Assembly (NCBI GenBank): GCA_031256725.1
Contig: JAIRQE010000012.1
Coordinates: forward strand, 5,310 to 37,309
Length of the DNA stretch: 32,000 nucleotides
Reading direction: 5' to 3'
Source: Propionibacteriaceae bacterium
Lineage (GTDB): Bacteria; Actinomycetota; Actinomycetes; Propionibacteriales; Propionibacteriaceae
A model generated the notes under the pieces. It worked only from the letters and a program-made list of their open reading frames with translations. It was not told the origin of the DNA and did no database searches. Shown here in pieces: positions 1-9,720 of the stretch. The translations under genes were made by a program, and so were the position numbers. How positions within the stretch are numbered: the stretch's first letter is position 1; the number at the start of each line of letters is the position of its first letter.

Positions 1-1428
1 GGCCAAATCCTGGGTCTTGTTGGGCACAATGGTGCTGGTAAGTCCACCTTATTGAAAACAATCTCTGGGGCAGTACGTCCCGATGATGGCAGTATCCTCA
101 TCGACGGTACCAAGGTGGAGTTCTCCCATCCTGCGGATGCGCTCAAGGCAGGTATTGCTACTGTGTACCAGGAACTCTCCCTTCTGGGGAACCTCACAGT
201 GACCCAGAATGTTTTCCTGGGCCATGAACTGACCAATGCGGGTTTTCTCCGTCTTGATCAGATGAGGGAACAGGCCAAACAGGCCATGGCTACTTTGAAC
301 CTCAAGGTTGATGTTGATCGTCTTGTGAGTTCGTACCCGGTAGCCATTCGACAGTTGATGGAGATAGCCGTCGCTATTCATCGGGATGCCCGCTATCTCC
401 TGCTCGACGAACCCACCACATCACTCGAAGGCGAGCAGGTTGGTGAACTCTTGGATGTGGTTGCCGAGTTGGCTCGTGAGAGAAATATTGGAGTCTTGTT
501 TATCAGTCACAAACTCGATGAGTTGTACCGGATCAGCGACCGAATGGTTGCCCTTGTTGATGGCCTGGTGTGTATTGATAGTCCCACTGACTCAGTTCCA
601 CGCGAGGACCTCATTGCAGCTATCGCAGGGTCAGAAGCTTCATCAATCTTGGATGGATCTCACCGTGAAGAACCTGCCAGGATTTCTCGTCATCATCAAG
701 CCGCCCCGAGTGTACGCGCGGTTCATCTGCGTACTCATGTCTTGGAGGATGTCTCGGTGGTGGCTTATCCTGGCCAAGTAACGGGAATCTATGGACTCAT
801 AGGCTCAGGTCGTACCGAATTCCTCAGAGCGCTCATGGGGTTGGACCCCATTGTCTCAGGCGAATTAGAGTTAGATGGAAACCCCTATCACCCCTCGTCT
901 CCAGCTAAAGCTGCAAAAGTGGGGTTGGCCTATGTGACCGAGGATCGCAAGAATTCTGGGATAGTACCTATGTTGAATTCTTGGTACAACGTAGCCTTAC
1001 CAATACTCCATCGTTTCACGAAATTCGGCGTACTGAACGTAAAAAGAATGCTCGCAAACGCTGATACCATACTGGATCAATTACGGGTACGCGGAAACCG
1101 AGGGGTTGGAGTACACAGTCTTTCTGGGGGGAACCAGCAGAAGGTGGTACTGGCCCGAGCCCTGGGGCAGACTCCCAACGTGTTATTGCTTGATGAGCCA
1201 ACCAAGGGTGTTGACATCGCAGTGAAGGTTGAAATCCACCGCATTATCCGCCAGTTGGCTCACGAGACAGGGATGACGGTGATCCTGGTCTCTTCTGAGG
1301 ATGAAGAGATTCTTGATGTCGCCGACCACGTCTGTGTATTTGTGGCGAGGCGGTGTTCACAGGTACCCATCTGTGTATCTGAGTTGACAATTGCCGACCT
1401 GCGACAAGCAGCGTGGGCCACCCATTAA
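1..1428 (+). CDS. Sugar-type ABC transporter ATP-binding protein with two fused ATPase domains (RbsA/MglA/XylG-like); 5' end cut by window edge
   Basis: Frame 1 is open from base 1. GQILGLVGHNGAGKSTLLK (Walker A) lies upstream of the ORF-track start at 52. Also seen: LLLDEPT Walker B twice, second P-loop GLIGSGRTE, signature LSGGNQQKV. Stop at 1426-1428. Confidence 0.85.
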   Translation, partial: GQILGLVGHNGAGKSTLLKTISGAVRPDDGSILIDGTKVEFSHPADALKAGIATVYQELSLLGNLTVTQNVFLGHELTNAGFLRLDQMREQAKQAMATLNLKVDVDRLVSSYPVAIRQLMEIAVAIHRDARYLLLDEPTTSLEGEQVGELLDVVAELARERNIGVLFISHKLDELYRISDRMVALVDGLVCIDSPTDSVPREDLIAAIAGSEASSILDGSHREEPARISRHHQAAPSVRAVHLRTHVLEDVSVVAYPGQVTGIYGLIGSGRTEFLRALMGLDPIVSGELELDGNPYHPSSPAKAAKVGLAYVTEDRKNSGIVPMLNSWYNVALPILHRFTKFGVLNVKRMLANADTILDQLRVRGNRGVGVHSLSGGNQQKVVLARALGQTPNVLLLDEPTKGVDIAVKVEIHRIIRQLAHETGMTVILVSSEDEEILDVADHVCVFVARRCSQVPICVSELTIADLRQAAWATH

Positions 1429-1437
1429 GGAGAAAGC

Positions 1438-2085
1438 ATGTACAAAGATGCAAGTGCAATTGTGGAGGCGGGTCGTGAAGTGGTCGCCAACGAAGTAACG
1501 GGGATACAGGCTCTAGTTGACAACTTCGATCCGAGATTTGTCGATGTTGTTGAAATGCTGATGAAATGCCAGGGGATGGTTTTTCTTTCCGGTTCTGGTA
1601 CCTCGGGTGCCATCGCACGACGGATGGCCCATTTGCTGTCGGTATGTGGTACCCCCTCAGTACCGTTACAACCCATGGATGCTCTTCACGGAACCATGGG
1701 TGCAGTGACCTCATCCGATGTTGTTATTGCCATCTCTCGTGGAGGAAAATCCGGTGAATTGAATGATCTGTGTGAGCGAGTGAAGGCTAGAGGAGCCTCG
1801 GTTATTGCTCTCACTTCCAATCCTGATGCACCCTTAGCATCCATCTCAGACCTGACAGTACTCCTACCCACTGATGATGTTATTGATCCTGGTGGAGTCA
1901 TCGCTATGGGTTCCACTTTGGTGGTTGGAGCATGGGGGGATGCCTTGGCCACTGTCATGATGAGAGTCAAGGGATATACATGGGAGCAGATGCTTTTCAC
2001 TCATCCTGCTGGTGCAGTGGGTGAGGAGACACATATTCTTGAACCACTCAAGCCATTGATACCTGAGGGTACCCTATCCTCATAG
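1438..2085 (+). CDS. SIS-domain sugar-phosphate isomerase (KpsF/GutQ-like SIS half, no CBS pair)
   Basis: 215 aa. Motifs LSGSGTSGAIARRMAHLL, DVVIAISRGGKSGEL, VIALTSNPDAPLA and FTHPAGAVG follow the SIS half of arabinose-5-phosphate isomerases. SD AAGGAG lies just upstream of the ATG. Gap of 9 nt after the ABC ATPase. Confidence 0.7.
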   Translation: MYKDASAIVEAGREVVANEVTGIQALVDNFDPRFVDVVEMLMKCQGMVFLSGSGTSGAIARRMAHLLSVCGTPSVPLQPMDALHGTMGAVTSSDVVIAISRGGKSGELNDLCERVKARGASVIALTSNPDAPLASISDLTVLLPTDDVIDPGGVIAMGSTLVVGAWGDALATVMMRVKGYTWEQMLFTHPAGAVGEETHILEPLKPLIPEGTLSS

Positions 2086-2100
2086 CAAAAGGAGACGACA

Positions 2101-3564
2101 ATGCCATTGGTGGCAGGGGTTGATTCCTCTACTCAGTCATGCAAGGTTGAGATCCGTGATTGCGACACGGGAAGGCTCATCGGTCGAGGCAGTGCTCCCC
2201 ATCCTCGTACCAGTCCACCAGTATCGGAACAAAACCCTCAGGATTGGTGGAATGCCTTGTCAACAGCCTTAACGATGGCTGTTGAGAATGCGGAAATATC
2301 CAGATATGAGATTCGAGGGATCTCGGTAGCGGCTCAATGTCACGGCTTGGTGTTATTAGGAGCAGATGGATCTGTACTCAGGCCAGTAAAACTCTGGAAC
2401 GATCTCACGTCAGCACCACAATCCGAAGCTATGATCGCCGAGATGGGAGCAGAGTTTTGGGCTGACGCAGTAGGTTCTGTTCCTACAGCAGCGTTTACTG
2501 TATCAAAATTAGCGTGGGTTGCTGAGAATGAACCGCAGTTGATGGATATCGCTTGGGGAGCCTGCCTCCCTCATGATTGGTTGACCTGGAAACTGAGCGG
2601 ACGTCTGGTGACAGATCGATCGGGAGCCTCTGGTACTGGCTACTATTCTGCACGGCAGGCAACCTATCGTTGGGATATTCTTGAGCGGTTTGCTGGTGTT
2701 GACCAAAGCTTCCACCTACCTGAGGTGCTGGGTCCTGATACTGCGTCTGGGCGGATTACGGTACAAGCTGCCCAGGAGCTGGGCTTGGATCCTGAGGTGG
2801 TCGTCGGTCCCGGTGTTGGAGATCAACATGCTGCTGCTTTGGGGATGGGTATTGGTCAAGGTGATGTGGTTTTCTCCTTGGGTACCTCGGGGGTAGTCAT
2901 GGCCTTGTCGGAGAATTCCATTCATGATCCGACCGGGATGGTAACAGGTGTCTGTGATGCAACTGGGCGTTATCTACCCCTGACCTGTTCCTTGAACTCG
3001 ACGAAGGTGGTTGACTGGTTTAGGGATCTTCTTGGTGTGGATTTTGATGAGTTTGATCGTCTGGCATTGTCTGTACCCTCTCAGGATCGCACGGTGACTC
3101 TCGCAGCCTTCTTTGACGGCGAGCGGTCTCCAAGCCTTCCCTATGCCATGGGTATTCTTGCTGGATTGACTCCGGAGACTTCGCGTGCCCAGGTGGCACG
3201 AGCTGGTGTCGACGGAGTGGTGATGGGGCTGTTGGAAGGATTAGACGCAATCGAAGGTTGTGGGGTTGATACCACTGCTCGAGTCATCGCTGCAGGAGGT
3301 GGTGCAGCCTCTCAGGCATGGCGTCAGTCCATCGCTGATCTTCTTGGTCGTCCAGTTCACCTTCTTGAAGCACCAGGAGCGACAGTACGTGGGGCCTGTC
3401 TCCAGGCGGCAACGCTCGTCGCTGGTGTAAAAATCGACGAGATGGTTGAGGCATGGCGTCCACCTATAGTGTCCACAACCCATCCCAAGGACCAGACTTC
3501 CCCGTGGGTACGAGAATCCTATAAAGAATTAGCTAGTTATCGTGGTATGGATAGACGATGGTAG
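2101..3564 (+). CDS. xylB: FGGY-family carbohydrate kinase, xylulokinase-like
   Basis: 487 aa. N-terminus VAGVDSSTQSCKV and GVGDQHAAALGMG are typical of actinobacterial xylulokinases. SD AAGGAG upstream. Confidence 0.7.
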   Translation: MPLVAGVDSSTQSCKVEIRDCDTGRLIGRGSAPHPRTSPPVSEQNPQDWWNALSTALTMAVENAEISRYEIRGISVAAQCHGLVLLGADGSVLRPVKLWNDLTSAPQSEAMIAEMGAEFWADAVGSVPTAAFTVSKLAWVAENEPQLMDIAWGACLPHDWLTWKLSGRLVTDRSGASGTGYYSARQATYRWDILERFAGVDQSFHLPEVLGPDTASGRITVQAAQELGLDPEVVVGPGVGDQHAAALGMGIGQGDVVFSLGTSGVVMALSENSIHDPTGMVTGVCDATGRYLPLTCSLNSTKVVDWFRDLLGVDFDEFDRLALSVPSQDRTVTLAAFFDGERSPSLPYAMGILAGLTPETSRAQVARAGVDGVVMGLLEGLDAIEGCGVDTTARVIAAGGGAASQAWRQSIADLLGRPVHLLEAPGATVRGACLQAATLVAGVKIDEMVEAWRPPIVSTTHPKDQTSPWVRESYKELASYRGMDRRW

Positions 3565-3595
3565 TGGATTCTTGTCTGCGATTGATGTGAAGTCA

Positions 3596-4441
3596 TCAGG
3601 AATCGTAGGTGAAGAAACCTCGGGAAGTTTTGCGGCCTAGCCAGCCTGCACGTACCAGTTTGCGCAGCATCGGATGGGGGCGGTACTTGGGGTCACCAGT
3701 CTCTGATTGGAGTACTTCCATGATGGCCAGGCATATATCAAGGCCGACGAGATCACCCAGAGCTAGAGGTCCAATCGGATGATTGGCTCCCAATGTCATA
3801 GCCTCATCGATATCGGCTGCTGTCGCTGTACCTTCAGCTAATACTGCGACTGCCTCATTGATCATGGGGATGAGGATGCGGTTCACCACGAACCCCGGGG
3901 CTTCGTGTACTCGTACTGGGGTCTTACCGAGGGCTGTAGCGATCTCGGTGACTGTGGACAAAGTACTCTCATCGGTGGACTGTCCGGCGATAACCTCAAT
4001 AAGTTTCATGATCGGTGCAGGGTTGAAGAAATGCATCCCCACAACCGCATGATTGAGTCCCTGGGATAGTTCTGTGATCGACAGTGAGGATGTATTGGAG
4101 GCAAGGATAGCCCCATCTTTTGCTAGGGCATCAAGTTTCTCGAAGAGGGGGCGTTTGATTGCCATGGTCTCTAGAACAGCCTCGACGATGAGATCACAGT
4201 CCCCAAGGTCATCGACGTGAGAGGTCACTAGATTGGCTGCGATACGATTACGCTCTTCTTCGGTGAGTTTACCTCTGCTCACTTGCCGGTCCAGGCCGCT
4301 CATTTGGCGGGTACGTCCCTTCTCAGCCAGATCAAGATTCACATCAGCGAGTCTGGCTTCGAAACCCTCACTACGAGCGAAGACTTCAGCAATTCCAGCA
4401 CCCATGGTACCGGCTCCTATGATTCCTACACGCATGGTCAT
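3596..4441 (-). CDS. hbd: 3-hydroxybutyryl-CoA dehydrogenase (NAD(P)-dependent, S-specific family)
   Basis: 281 aa. Rossmann motif VGIIGAGTMGAGIA, then the 3-hydroxyacyl-CoA dehydrogenase core (HFFNPAP, GFVVNRILIPMINEA). SD AGGAAAGAG directly upstream. Gap of 7 nt after crt. Confidence 0.85.
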   Translation of the reverse strand: MTMRVGIIGAGTMGAGIAEVFARSEGFEARLADVNLDLAEKGRTRQMSGLDRQVSRGKLTEEERNRIAANLVTSHVDDLGDCDLIVEAVLETMAIKRPLFEKLDALAKDGAILASNTSSLSITELSQGLNHAVVGMHFFNPAPIMKLIEVIAGQSTDESTLSTVTEIATALGKTPVRVHEAPGFVVNRILIPMINEAVAVLAEGTATAADIDEAMTLGANHPIGPLALGDLVGLDICLAIMEVLQSETGDPKYRPHPMLRKLVRAGWLGRKTSRGFFTYDS

Positions 4442-4448
4442 CTCTTTC

Positions 4449-5225
4449 CTAGTTGTCAGTGAAACCGGTTGGTTTACGCTTGTCTATGAAGGCTGCCATA
4501 CCTTCAATCTGATCGTGGGTTTCGAAACAGGTACCGAAGTAGACGGCTTCCAGTGCGAGCCCTGAGTCCATGTCAGTGGCGAGTCCTAGGTCGATAGCGG
4601 CCTTAGCGACGCGTACTGCATAGGGAGCCTTGCTCGCAATCTCAGTTGCCATGGTGAAGGCAGTGGACATGAGTTTCTCGGGTTCAACAACGGCATTGAC
4701 CAGTCCAATTGCCAAAGCGCGGTCTGCTTTGAGGTTACGTCCAGTGAAAATTATCTCTTTAGCTAGTGCTACTCCGACGACCCGAGCTAGGCGTTGGGTA
4801 CCTCCAAAGCCGGGGGTGATTCCGAGCCCGACTTCCGGTTGTCCGAAGATGGCTTTTGTTGAAGCCACGCGTATGTCGCAACTCAATGCCAATTCGCAGC
4901 CTCCCCCGAGTGCGTACCCATTGACTGCTGCGATGGTGGGCATGGGTAGGGTCTCCAAGGTACGGAAAATCCTGTTGCCAAGCCGGGAGAACTCTGCACC
5001 TTGACGAGAGGTCATTCCAGACATTTCGCCGATGTCACCACCAGCAACAAAGGCGCGGTCGCCCTCCCCAGTGATGAGTACGGCCCGTACCTCATTTGGA
5101 CGAATCCCAGACAGAGTCTCACCAAGCTCAGTGAGTACCTCGGTGTTGAGAGCATTCAATGCTTCTGGGCGTGTGATAGTGAGTGTTGCCACAGAGTCGG
5201 CAATCTCGAATCTTAGTACTGACAT
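4449..5225 (-). CDS. crt: Short-chain enoyl-CoA hydratase (crotonase)
   Basis: 258 aa crotonase-fold protein with RAFVAGGDI and ALGGGCELALSCDIR motifs. Confidence 0.85.
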   Translation of the reverse strand: MSVLRFEIADSVATLTITRPEALNALNTEVLTELGETLSGIRPNEVRAVLITGEGDRAFVAGGDIGEMSGMTSRQGAEFSRLGNRIFRTLETLPMPTIAAVNGYALGGGCELALSCDIRVASTKAIFGQPEVGLGITPGFGGTQRLARVVGVALAKEIIFTGRNLKADRALAIGLVNAVVEPEKLMSTAFTMATEIASKAPYAVRVAKAAIDLGLATDMDSGLALEAVYFGTCFETHDQIEGMAAFIDKRKPTGFTDN

Positions 5226-5237
5226 GGTTATCCTTGT

Positions 5238-6425
5238 CTAGATCTTTTCGAAGACAGTGGCGATACCCATGCCGCCACCGATGCATAGGGTTGCGAGTCC
5301 CCGTTGAGCGTCATCACGTTTGGCCATCTCATGCAAGAGAGTGACAATGATTCGTGCCCCTGATGCTCCAATGGGATGACCCAGGGCAATGGCCCCACCG
5401 TTTACATTGAGTTTGTTGATGTCCAAGCCCAGATCCTTGGTGACTGCTGCAGCTTGAGCAGCGAAGGCTTCATTTGCTTCAACCAGGTCACAATCATCAA
5501 TTGTTAACCCAGCGGCAGTGAGTGCTTTGCGTGAAGCTTCGATGGGGCCTACACCCATGATGGAGGGGTCCACTCCAGCTTGTCCCCAGCCGATGAGTCG
5601 GGCCATGGGCTTCAATCCCAAACGCTCTACTACGTGGGCACTAGCGAGGATTAGAGCAGCGGCACCGTCGTTGATTCCTGAGGAGTTTCCTGCTGTGACA
5701 CGGCCATCCGGTGTGAAGGCTGGCTTGAGTTTTCTAAGGGTTTCTGCTGATGTGGCGCGAGGGTATTCATCGGTGTCGAAGAGGATTTCTTCCCTCTTGA
5801 CTGTGAGGGGTACAGGTACGATCTCATCGTGGAATCGGTTGGCTCTGAGAGCTTCATCTGCACGGGTTTGGGAGCGTAGAGCAATCTCATCCATGTCTTC
5901 ACGGCTGATGTCCCATCCATCTGCCACATTCTCAGCAGTGATACCCATATGGTACCCTTCGAAGGAATCCAGGAGTCCATCTGTCAGCATTGTGTCAGAT
6001 AGTTCACTGTGACCCATGCGGGCACCCCACCTGGCTGTTGTGGATAGGAATCCTGCATTCGACATGGATTCTGTACCACCAACCACGATGATCTCAGCGT
6101 CCCCAGCACGGATGGCACGGGCTGCCTCGACGACAGTTTTCATACCTGATCCACAGACCATATTGAGTGTCATGGCTGGTACTGTCACGGGAATTCCCGC
6201 TTTGACTGCGATCTGACGGGCGATGTTTTGTCCGAGTCCCGCCGAAAGAACACACCCCAGGATAACTTCGTCGATGTCCTTAGGTGTGATTCCTGCTCGG
6301 GTTATAGATTCAGTGACCACAAGGGTACCAAGGTCTACAGCCGGGGTGTCCTTTAACGTCCCGCCAAAGGATCCAATGGGGGTTCGACAAGCTGAAAGGA
6401 CGTAAATGTCTTGGGATGTGTTCAT
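5238..6425 (-). CDS. Acetyl-CoA C-acetyltransferase (thiolase II)
   Basis: 395 aa. Active-site Cys context NMVCGSGMK, NVNGGAIALGHPIGASG, C-terminal LATLCIGGGMG. Confidence 0.9.
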   Translation of the reverse strand: MNTSQDIYVLSACRTPIGSFGGTLKDTPAVDLGTLVVTESITRAGITPKDIDEVILGCVLSAGLGQNIARQIAVKAGIPVTVPAMTLNMVCGSGMKTVVEAARAIRAGDAEIIVVGGTESMSNAGFLSTTARWGARMGHSELSDTMLTDGLLDSFEGYHMGITAENVADGWDISREDMDEIALRSQTRADEALRANRFHDEIVPVPLTVKREEILFDTDEYPRATSAETLRKLKPAFTPDGRVTAGNSSGINDGAAALILASAHVVERLGLKPMARLIGWGQAGVDPSIMGVGPIEASRKALTAAGLTIDDCDLVEANEAFAAQAAAVTKDLGLDINKLNVNGGAIALGHPIGASGARIIVTLLHEMAKRDDAQRGLATLCIGGGMGIATVFEKI

Positions 6426-6443
6426 GTTTTTCCTTATGATTGA

Positions 6444-6731
6444 TTAGCCGTCGCGGAATTGCACTCCGAAACCACCGCGCGGATAGCGCCATGTCAGAAC
6501 GCCGGGGGAGGCTATAGCTAGGCAGGTACCACACTCCAGGCATCCGGCATACTCAATGAGTACCGAGTCATCCTCAGACAGTGAGTACACCCCTGCTGGG
6601 CACGCTGCGATGATTCTCTCAGCTGTACCCGTACTACGAGCCAAATCTTGATCAATAGTGATATGTGAACATTCCTCGTCGAGGTGGAACCGGTTACCGG
6701 CTAGACGCTCGGCTATGGATGGGAGTTTCAT
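6444..6731 (-). CDS. fixX: Ferredoxin-like protein FixX
   Basis: 95 aa, colinear with E. coli FixX as I recall it (ACPAG...YAGCLECGTC...YPRGGFGV.FR.G). Start overlaps the fixC stop by 4 nt. Confidence 0.85.
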   Translation of the reverse strand: MKLPSIAERLAGNRFHLDEECSHITIDQDLARSTGTAERIIAACPAGVYSLSEDDSVLIEYAGCLECGTCLAIASPGVLTWRYPRGGFGVQFRDG

Positions 6732-8020
6732 AGTGCCCTCATTCCAGCGAATCCATCTTTGACGAGTTGCGTGAGACCGATGCCTGAGTTCTTGAGTGCC
6801 TGGTGAGCAGTGGCAAGAAGATGACGGTGTGGCGTGGTATCAAGGTTGAAGACTCCGTGTAGCACGTCAGCCAAGAGTTGCCCGTAGTCGCCATAAAGGC
6901 GCTGGTTTTCCAGGAAATGCGGGGCCTTAGAGTAGAGCTTCATATCTTGGCCAACAAAAGACTGGGACAGGTATGTTGTGTAGTTGGCCAACCCATGAGC
7001 TGAGGTGTCGCCTTTCGCAAGTGCTTCGATGACAGCCTGCGCTGAGGCCACAGCAGATCCGAGTGCCAGGTCCATTCCGCGTATAGTCAAACCGGTATTA
7101 AGCGTCAATCCAGCTGCATCGCCAGCGATGACTAACCCGTCGAAAACGAGTGGACCCATCATGGCTTGTCCGCCTTCATTGACCAGGTGACATCCGTACT
7201 CCAATAGCTCCCCACCACGTAGTAGTGCATCAATATAGGGATGGGTGAGATAGTGGTCGAAGACATCAACACTGCGGCGTTGAGAGGCAACCAGTTCATC
7301 AAGTCTGAGGACGATCCCCACTGAGATCGTTTCAGTATTGGTGTAGAGGAAGCCGCCACCTGCGAGCCCTTGGGTACAGTCCCCAACGATTGCATAAGCC
7401 ACACCCTGATCTGTACTCAGATCGAAGCGTTCCTCAATCACAGAAGAACCGAGTTTGATGAGAGCTTTGATCCCGACTGCTTGTTGGGTTGTTGTGGGTT
7501 GGGGGCGAAGCCCAGCATCGCGGGCCAGGAAAGAGTTGGCTCCATCTGCAGCAATGACCACATGAGAACGCAGTTGCTCATCTCCTGCCACTACGCCGAC
7601 GATTCGTCCATTCTCACGCAAAAGTGAGTCCACTCGTACCCCTGTCATAACCATCGCACCAGCAGATTCAGCCTGGTCGGCTAGCCAGGAATCCAGGTGG
7701 GCTCGAAGGACCGTGACTGCCGTACCAGCGTCGTAGAGTCGATGGTCGCCATAATCCAAGCCGACCCAGGAGTTCTCATTGAGGAAGATGATCTTATTTC
7801 GGTCGATTTTGCGTTCAATAGGGGCGTCGTTGAGGAAGGTGGGAAAGATGTCGGTCAAAACCCGAGGGTACAAAACTGCGCCAGAGAGATTCTTCGACCC
7901 AGCTGATTCTCCTCGCTCAATGAGCACTACTGATAAACCAGCTTGAGCTAGTTGATAAGCAGCAACGCTTCCGGCGATACCAGCGCCGACAACAATCACA
8001 TCGAAGTCAGGTTCGGTCAT
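6728..8020 (-). CDS. fixC: FAD-dependent oxidoreductase FixC (ETF:quinone oxidoreductase-like)
   Basis: 430 aa. FAD motif DVIVVGAGIAGS, GGGFLYTN, GDAAG, IRGMDLA. Colinear with E. coli FixC. 4-nt overlap with fixB. Confidence 0.85.
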   Translation of the reverse strand: MTEPDFDVIVVGAGIAGSVAAYQLAQAGLSVVLIERGESAGSKNLSGAVLYPRVLTDIFPTFLNDAPIERKIDRNKIIFLNENSWVGLDYGDHRLYDAGTAVTVLRAHLDSWLADQAESAGAMVMTGVRVDSLLRENGRIVGVVAGDEQLRSHVVIAADGANSFLARDAGLRPQPTTTQQAVGIKALIKLGSSVIEERFDLSTDQGVAYAIVGDCTQGLAGGGFLYTNTETISVGIVLRLDELVASQRRSVDVFDHYLTHPYIDALLRGGELLEYGCHLVNEGGQAMMGPLVFDGLVIAGDAAGLTLNTGLTIRGMDLALGSAVASAQAVIEALAKGDTSAHGLANYTTYLSQSFVGQDMKLYSKAPHFLENQRLYGDYGQLLADVLHGVFNLDTTPHRHLLATAHQALKNSGIGLTQLVKDGFAGMRAL

Positions 8021-8922
8021 GATTTCTCCAAGGCAGCGCTCAGCGCTGGTACTAAGGCGTAGAGATCACCAGTAAGAATATAATCGGAGTCCTGGGTGAC
8101 GAGAGCATCCTTATCGTTGTTAATGGATACAATCACCTTTGAGGCTCGGCATCCACTGACGTGTTGCAACTGCCCCGAGATACCGATCATGATGTAAAGA
8201 TCGGGTGCAATATGTGCCCCAGAAACTCCGATGTACCGGTCGCGTGGGAGCCAATCCAACCCCTCTGACAAGGGTCGGGAGCATCCAATCTCTGCGTTCA
8301 AGCGTGTAGCCAGTGCCTCCACGAGTCCAAGATCCTCACTGCGTTTGAGGCCACGACCGACACCGACAACACGAGAGGCGGTATCCAAATCGACACTGGC
8401 GACTTCAGGAGGTGTCAACGAGGTGACTGTGATGGTGGTGGGGGTGGCGCTACGAGTTTCAATGACCGCAGTACCTCCACCAACAACGGGTGCACCTCCA
8501 TCAATCTGCATAGCGATCGGACCCTCAAACTGGGTGGTGGCCACCGCAATTCCGCCATAGATGCCGTGCTTGATCACTACGGTTTCATTGTTGAAGGACA
8601 CCGATTGAACACCCGTGATTATAGGGGCCATGATTGAGGCAGCAACCGTACCTAAGAACACACGTTCACTAGGTCGACGTCCAGCCAGGACAACCCCAGG
8701 ATCATCGGCGACAATAGCGGCCACGGAACTCGCGAAGGCTTCGATTCCATGGTTGCCTGGGTCACCCAACCAGATGACCTCATCCACGCCAGGACAGGCT
8801 GCTACCTGGGTGAGATCCTTGGACCCAACTACCACAGCAACCACAGGTTGCCCCCATGTGGCTGCTTGTTCAACAAGTCCGCCGACCCCGGGATCGTTGG
8901 CGACAAGAATATAGGTCTTCAT
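8017..8922 (-). CDS. fixB: Electron transfer flavoprotein alpha subunit, FixB type
   Basis: 301 aa. C-terminal FAD-binding region VVGVGRG...IGCSRP...YIGVSG...APDLYIMIGISGQLQH. Confidence 0.85.
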   Translation of the reverse strand: MKTYILVANDPGVGGLVEQAATWGQPVVAVVVGSKDLTQVAACPGVDEVIWLGDPGNHGIEAFASSVAAIVADDPGVVLAGRRPSERVFLGTVAASIMAPIITGVQSVSFNNETVVIKHGIYGGIAVATTQFEGPIAMQIDGGAPVVGGGTAVIETRSATPTTITVTSLTPPEVASVDLDTASRVVGVGRGLKRSEDLGLVEALATRLNAEIGCSRPLSEGLDWLPRDRYIGVSGAHIAPDLYIMIGISGQLQHVSGCRASKVIVSINNDKDALVTQDSDYILTGDLYALVPALSAALEKS

Positions 8923-8931
8923 ATCTTCCTC

Positions 8932-9711
8932 CTATGCGTCGAGTGCACCAGCAGCACGTAGCGCGGATACCAACTCGGCTGCAGCTTGGGCAGGGTCTTC
9001 AGTGTTGATGCGAATCTGTTGACGAGATGGACCAGCCATCTTCTCAACTGAGAGAATCTCCCCTTCACCAGGTAGCCTTACTCCAAGATCAAGGAGGGAT
9101 ACCACTCGCGCTGGTTTCTTTCCAGCAGACAGAACATCTTTCATACCTGGTACCTTGGCTTTCACAGCATCGGAGGTAACTCCTACCAGCACAGGGCCAT
9201 GTAGGTGAAGTCCTTGAATCCCCTCAGGGATGGTCCGCTCAATGGTCAGTGAGTCTCCATCCATGGTGACCTTCATGACATCGGTCACACATGGCCAACC
9301 CAGCAATCCCGCCAATACTGCGACCAGAGTTTTCGAACCTGAATCGAGGGAGGAATCACCAGTGAGGAGCAGTCCAACGTCACCGAGGTTGTCAATGGCT
9401 GCCTTGAGGGTGACGGCAGTTGCTAGAGTACCTGCGGAATCCAGGCCAGGATCGCTGACAACGAAGACTTCGTGGAGCCCACGAGCCAAGGCCGCCTTCG
9501 TGGCGATAGCGGTGGCAACAGCTTCACCTCCAGCGCTGATCCCAATCAGTTCAGCACCTGTTGCCTCAGCAAGGTGGCACCCCATCTCAATTGCGACCGC
9601 ATCGTAATCACTGATAGTTGGTTTAGCGCGACTGAAGTCGATTTTTCCATCAGAACTCACCAGCGCTTCTTGTGGGTCACATGCCCACTGATACGCCACA
9701 ACGATTCTCAT
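8932..9711 (-). CDS. fixA: Electron transfer flavoprotein beta subunit, FixA type
   Basis: 259 aa. The pattern DFSRAKPTISDYDAVAIE...GDSSLDSGS...LTIER...PGMKDVLSAGKKP parallels E. coli FixA more closely than clostridial EtfB. Confidence 0.85.
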   Translation of the reverse strand: MRIVVAYQWACDPQEALVSSDGKIDFSRAKPTISDYDAVAIEMGCHLAEATGAELIGISAGGEAVATAIATKAALARGLHEVFVVSDPGLDSAGTLATAVTLKAAIDNLGDVGLLLTGDSSLDSGSKTLVAVLAGLLGWPCVTDVMKVTMDGDSLTIERTIPEGIQGLHLHGPVLVGVTSDAVKAKVPGMKDVLSAGKKPARVVSLLDLGVRLPGEGEILSVEKMAGPSRQQIRINTEDPAQAAAELVSALRAAGALDA

Positions 9712-9720
9712 CTCGTACTC

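Noticed and set aside
3565-3595. Possible terminator between the convergent xylB-like and hbd genes
   Set aside because: Only a weak 5-bp stem (TGATG/CATCA) can be drawn in the 31-nt gap, which is not enough to call a feature.
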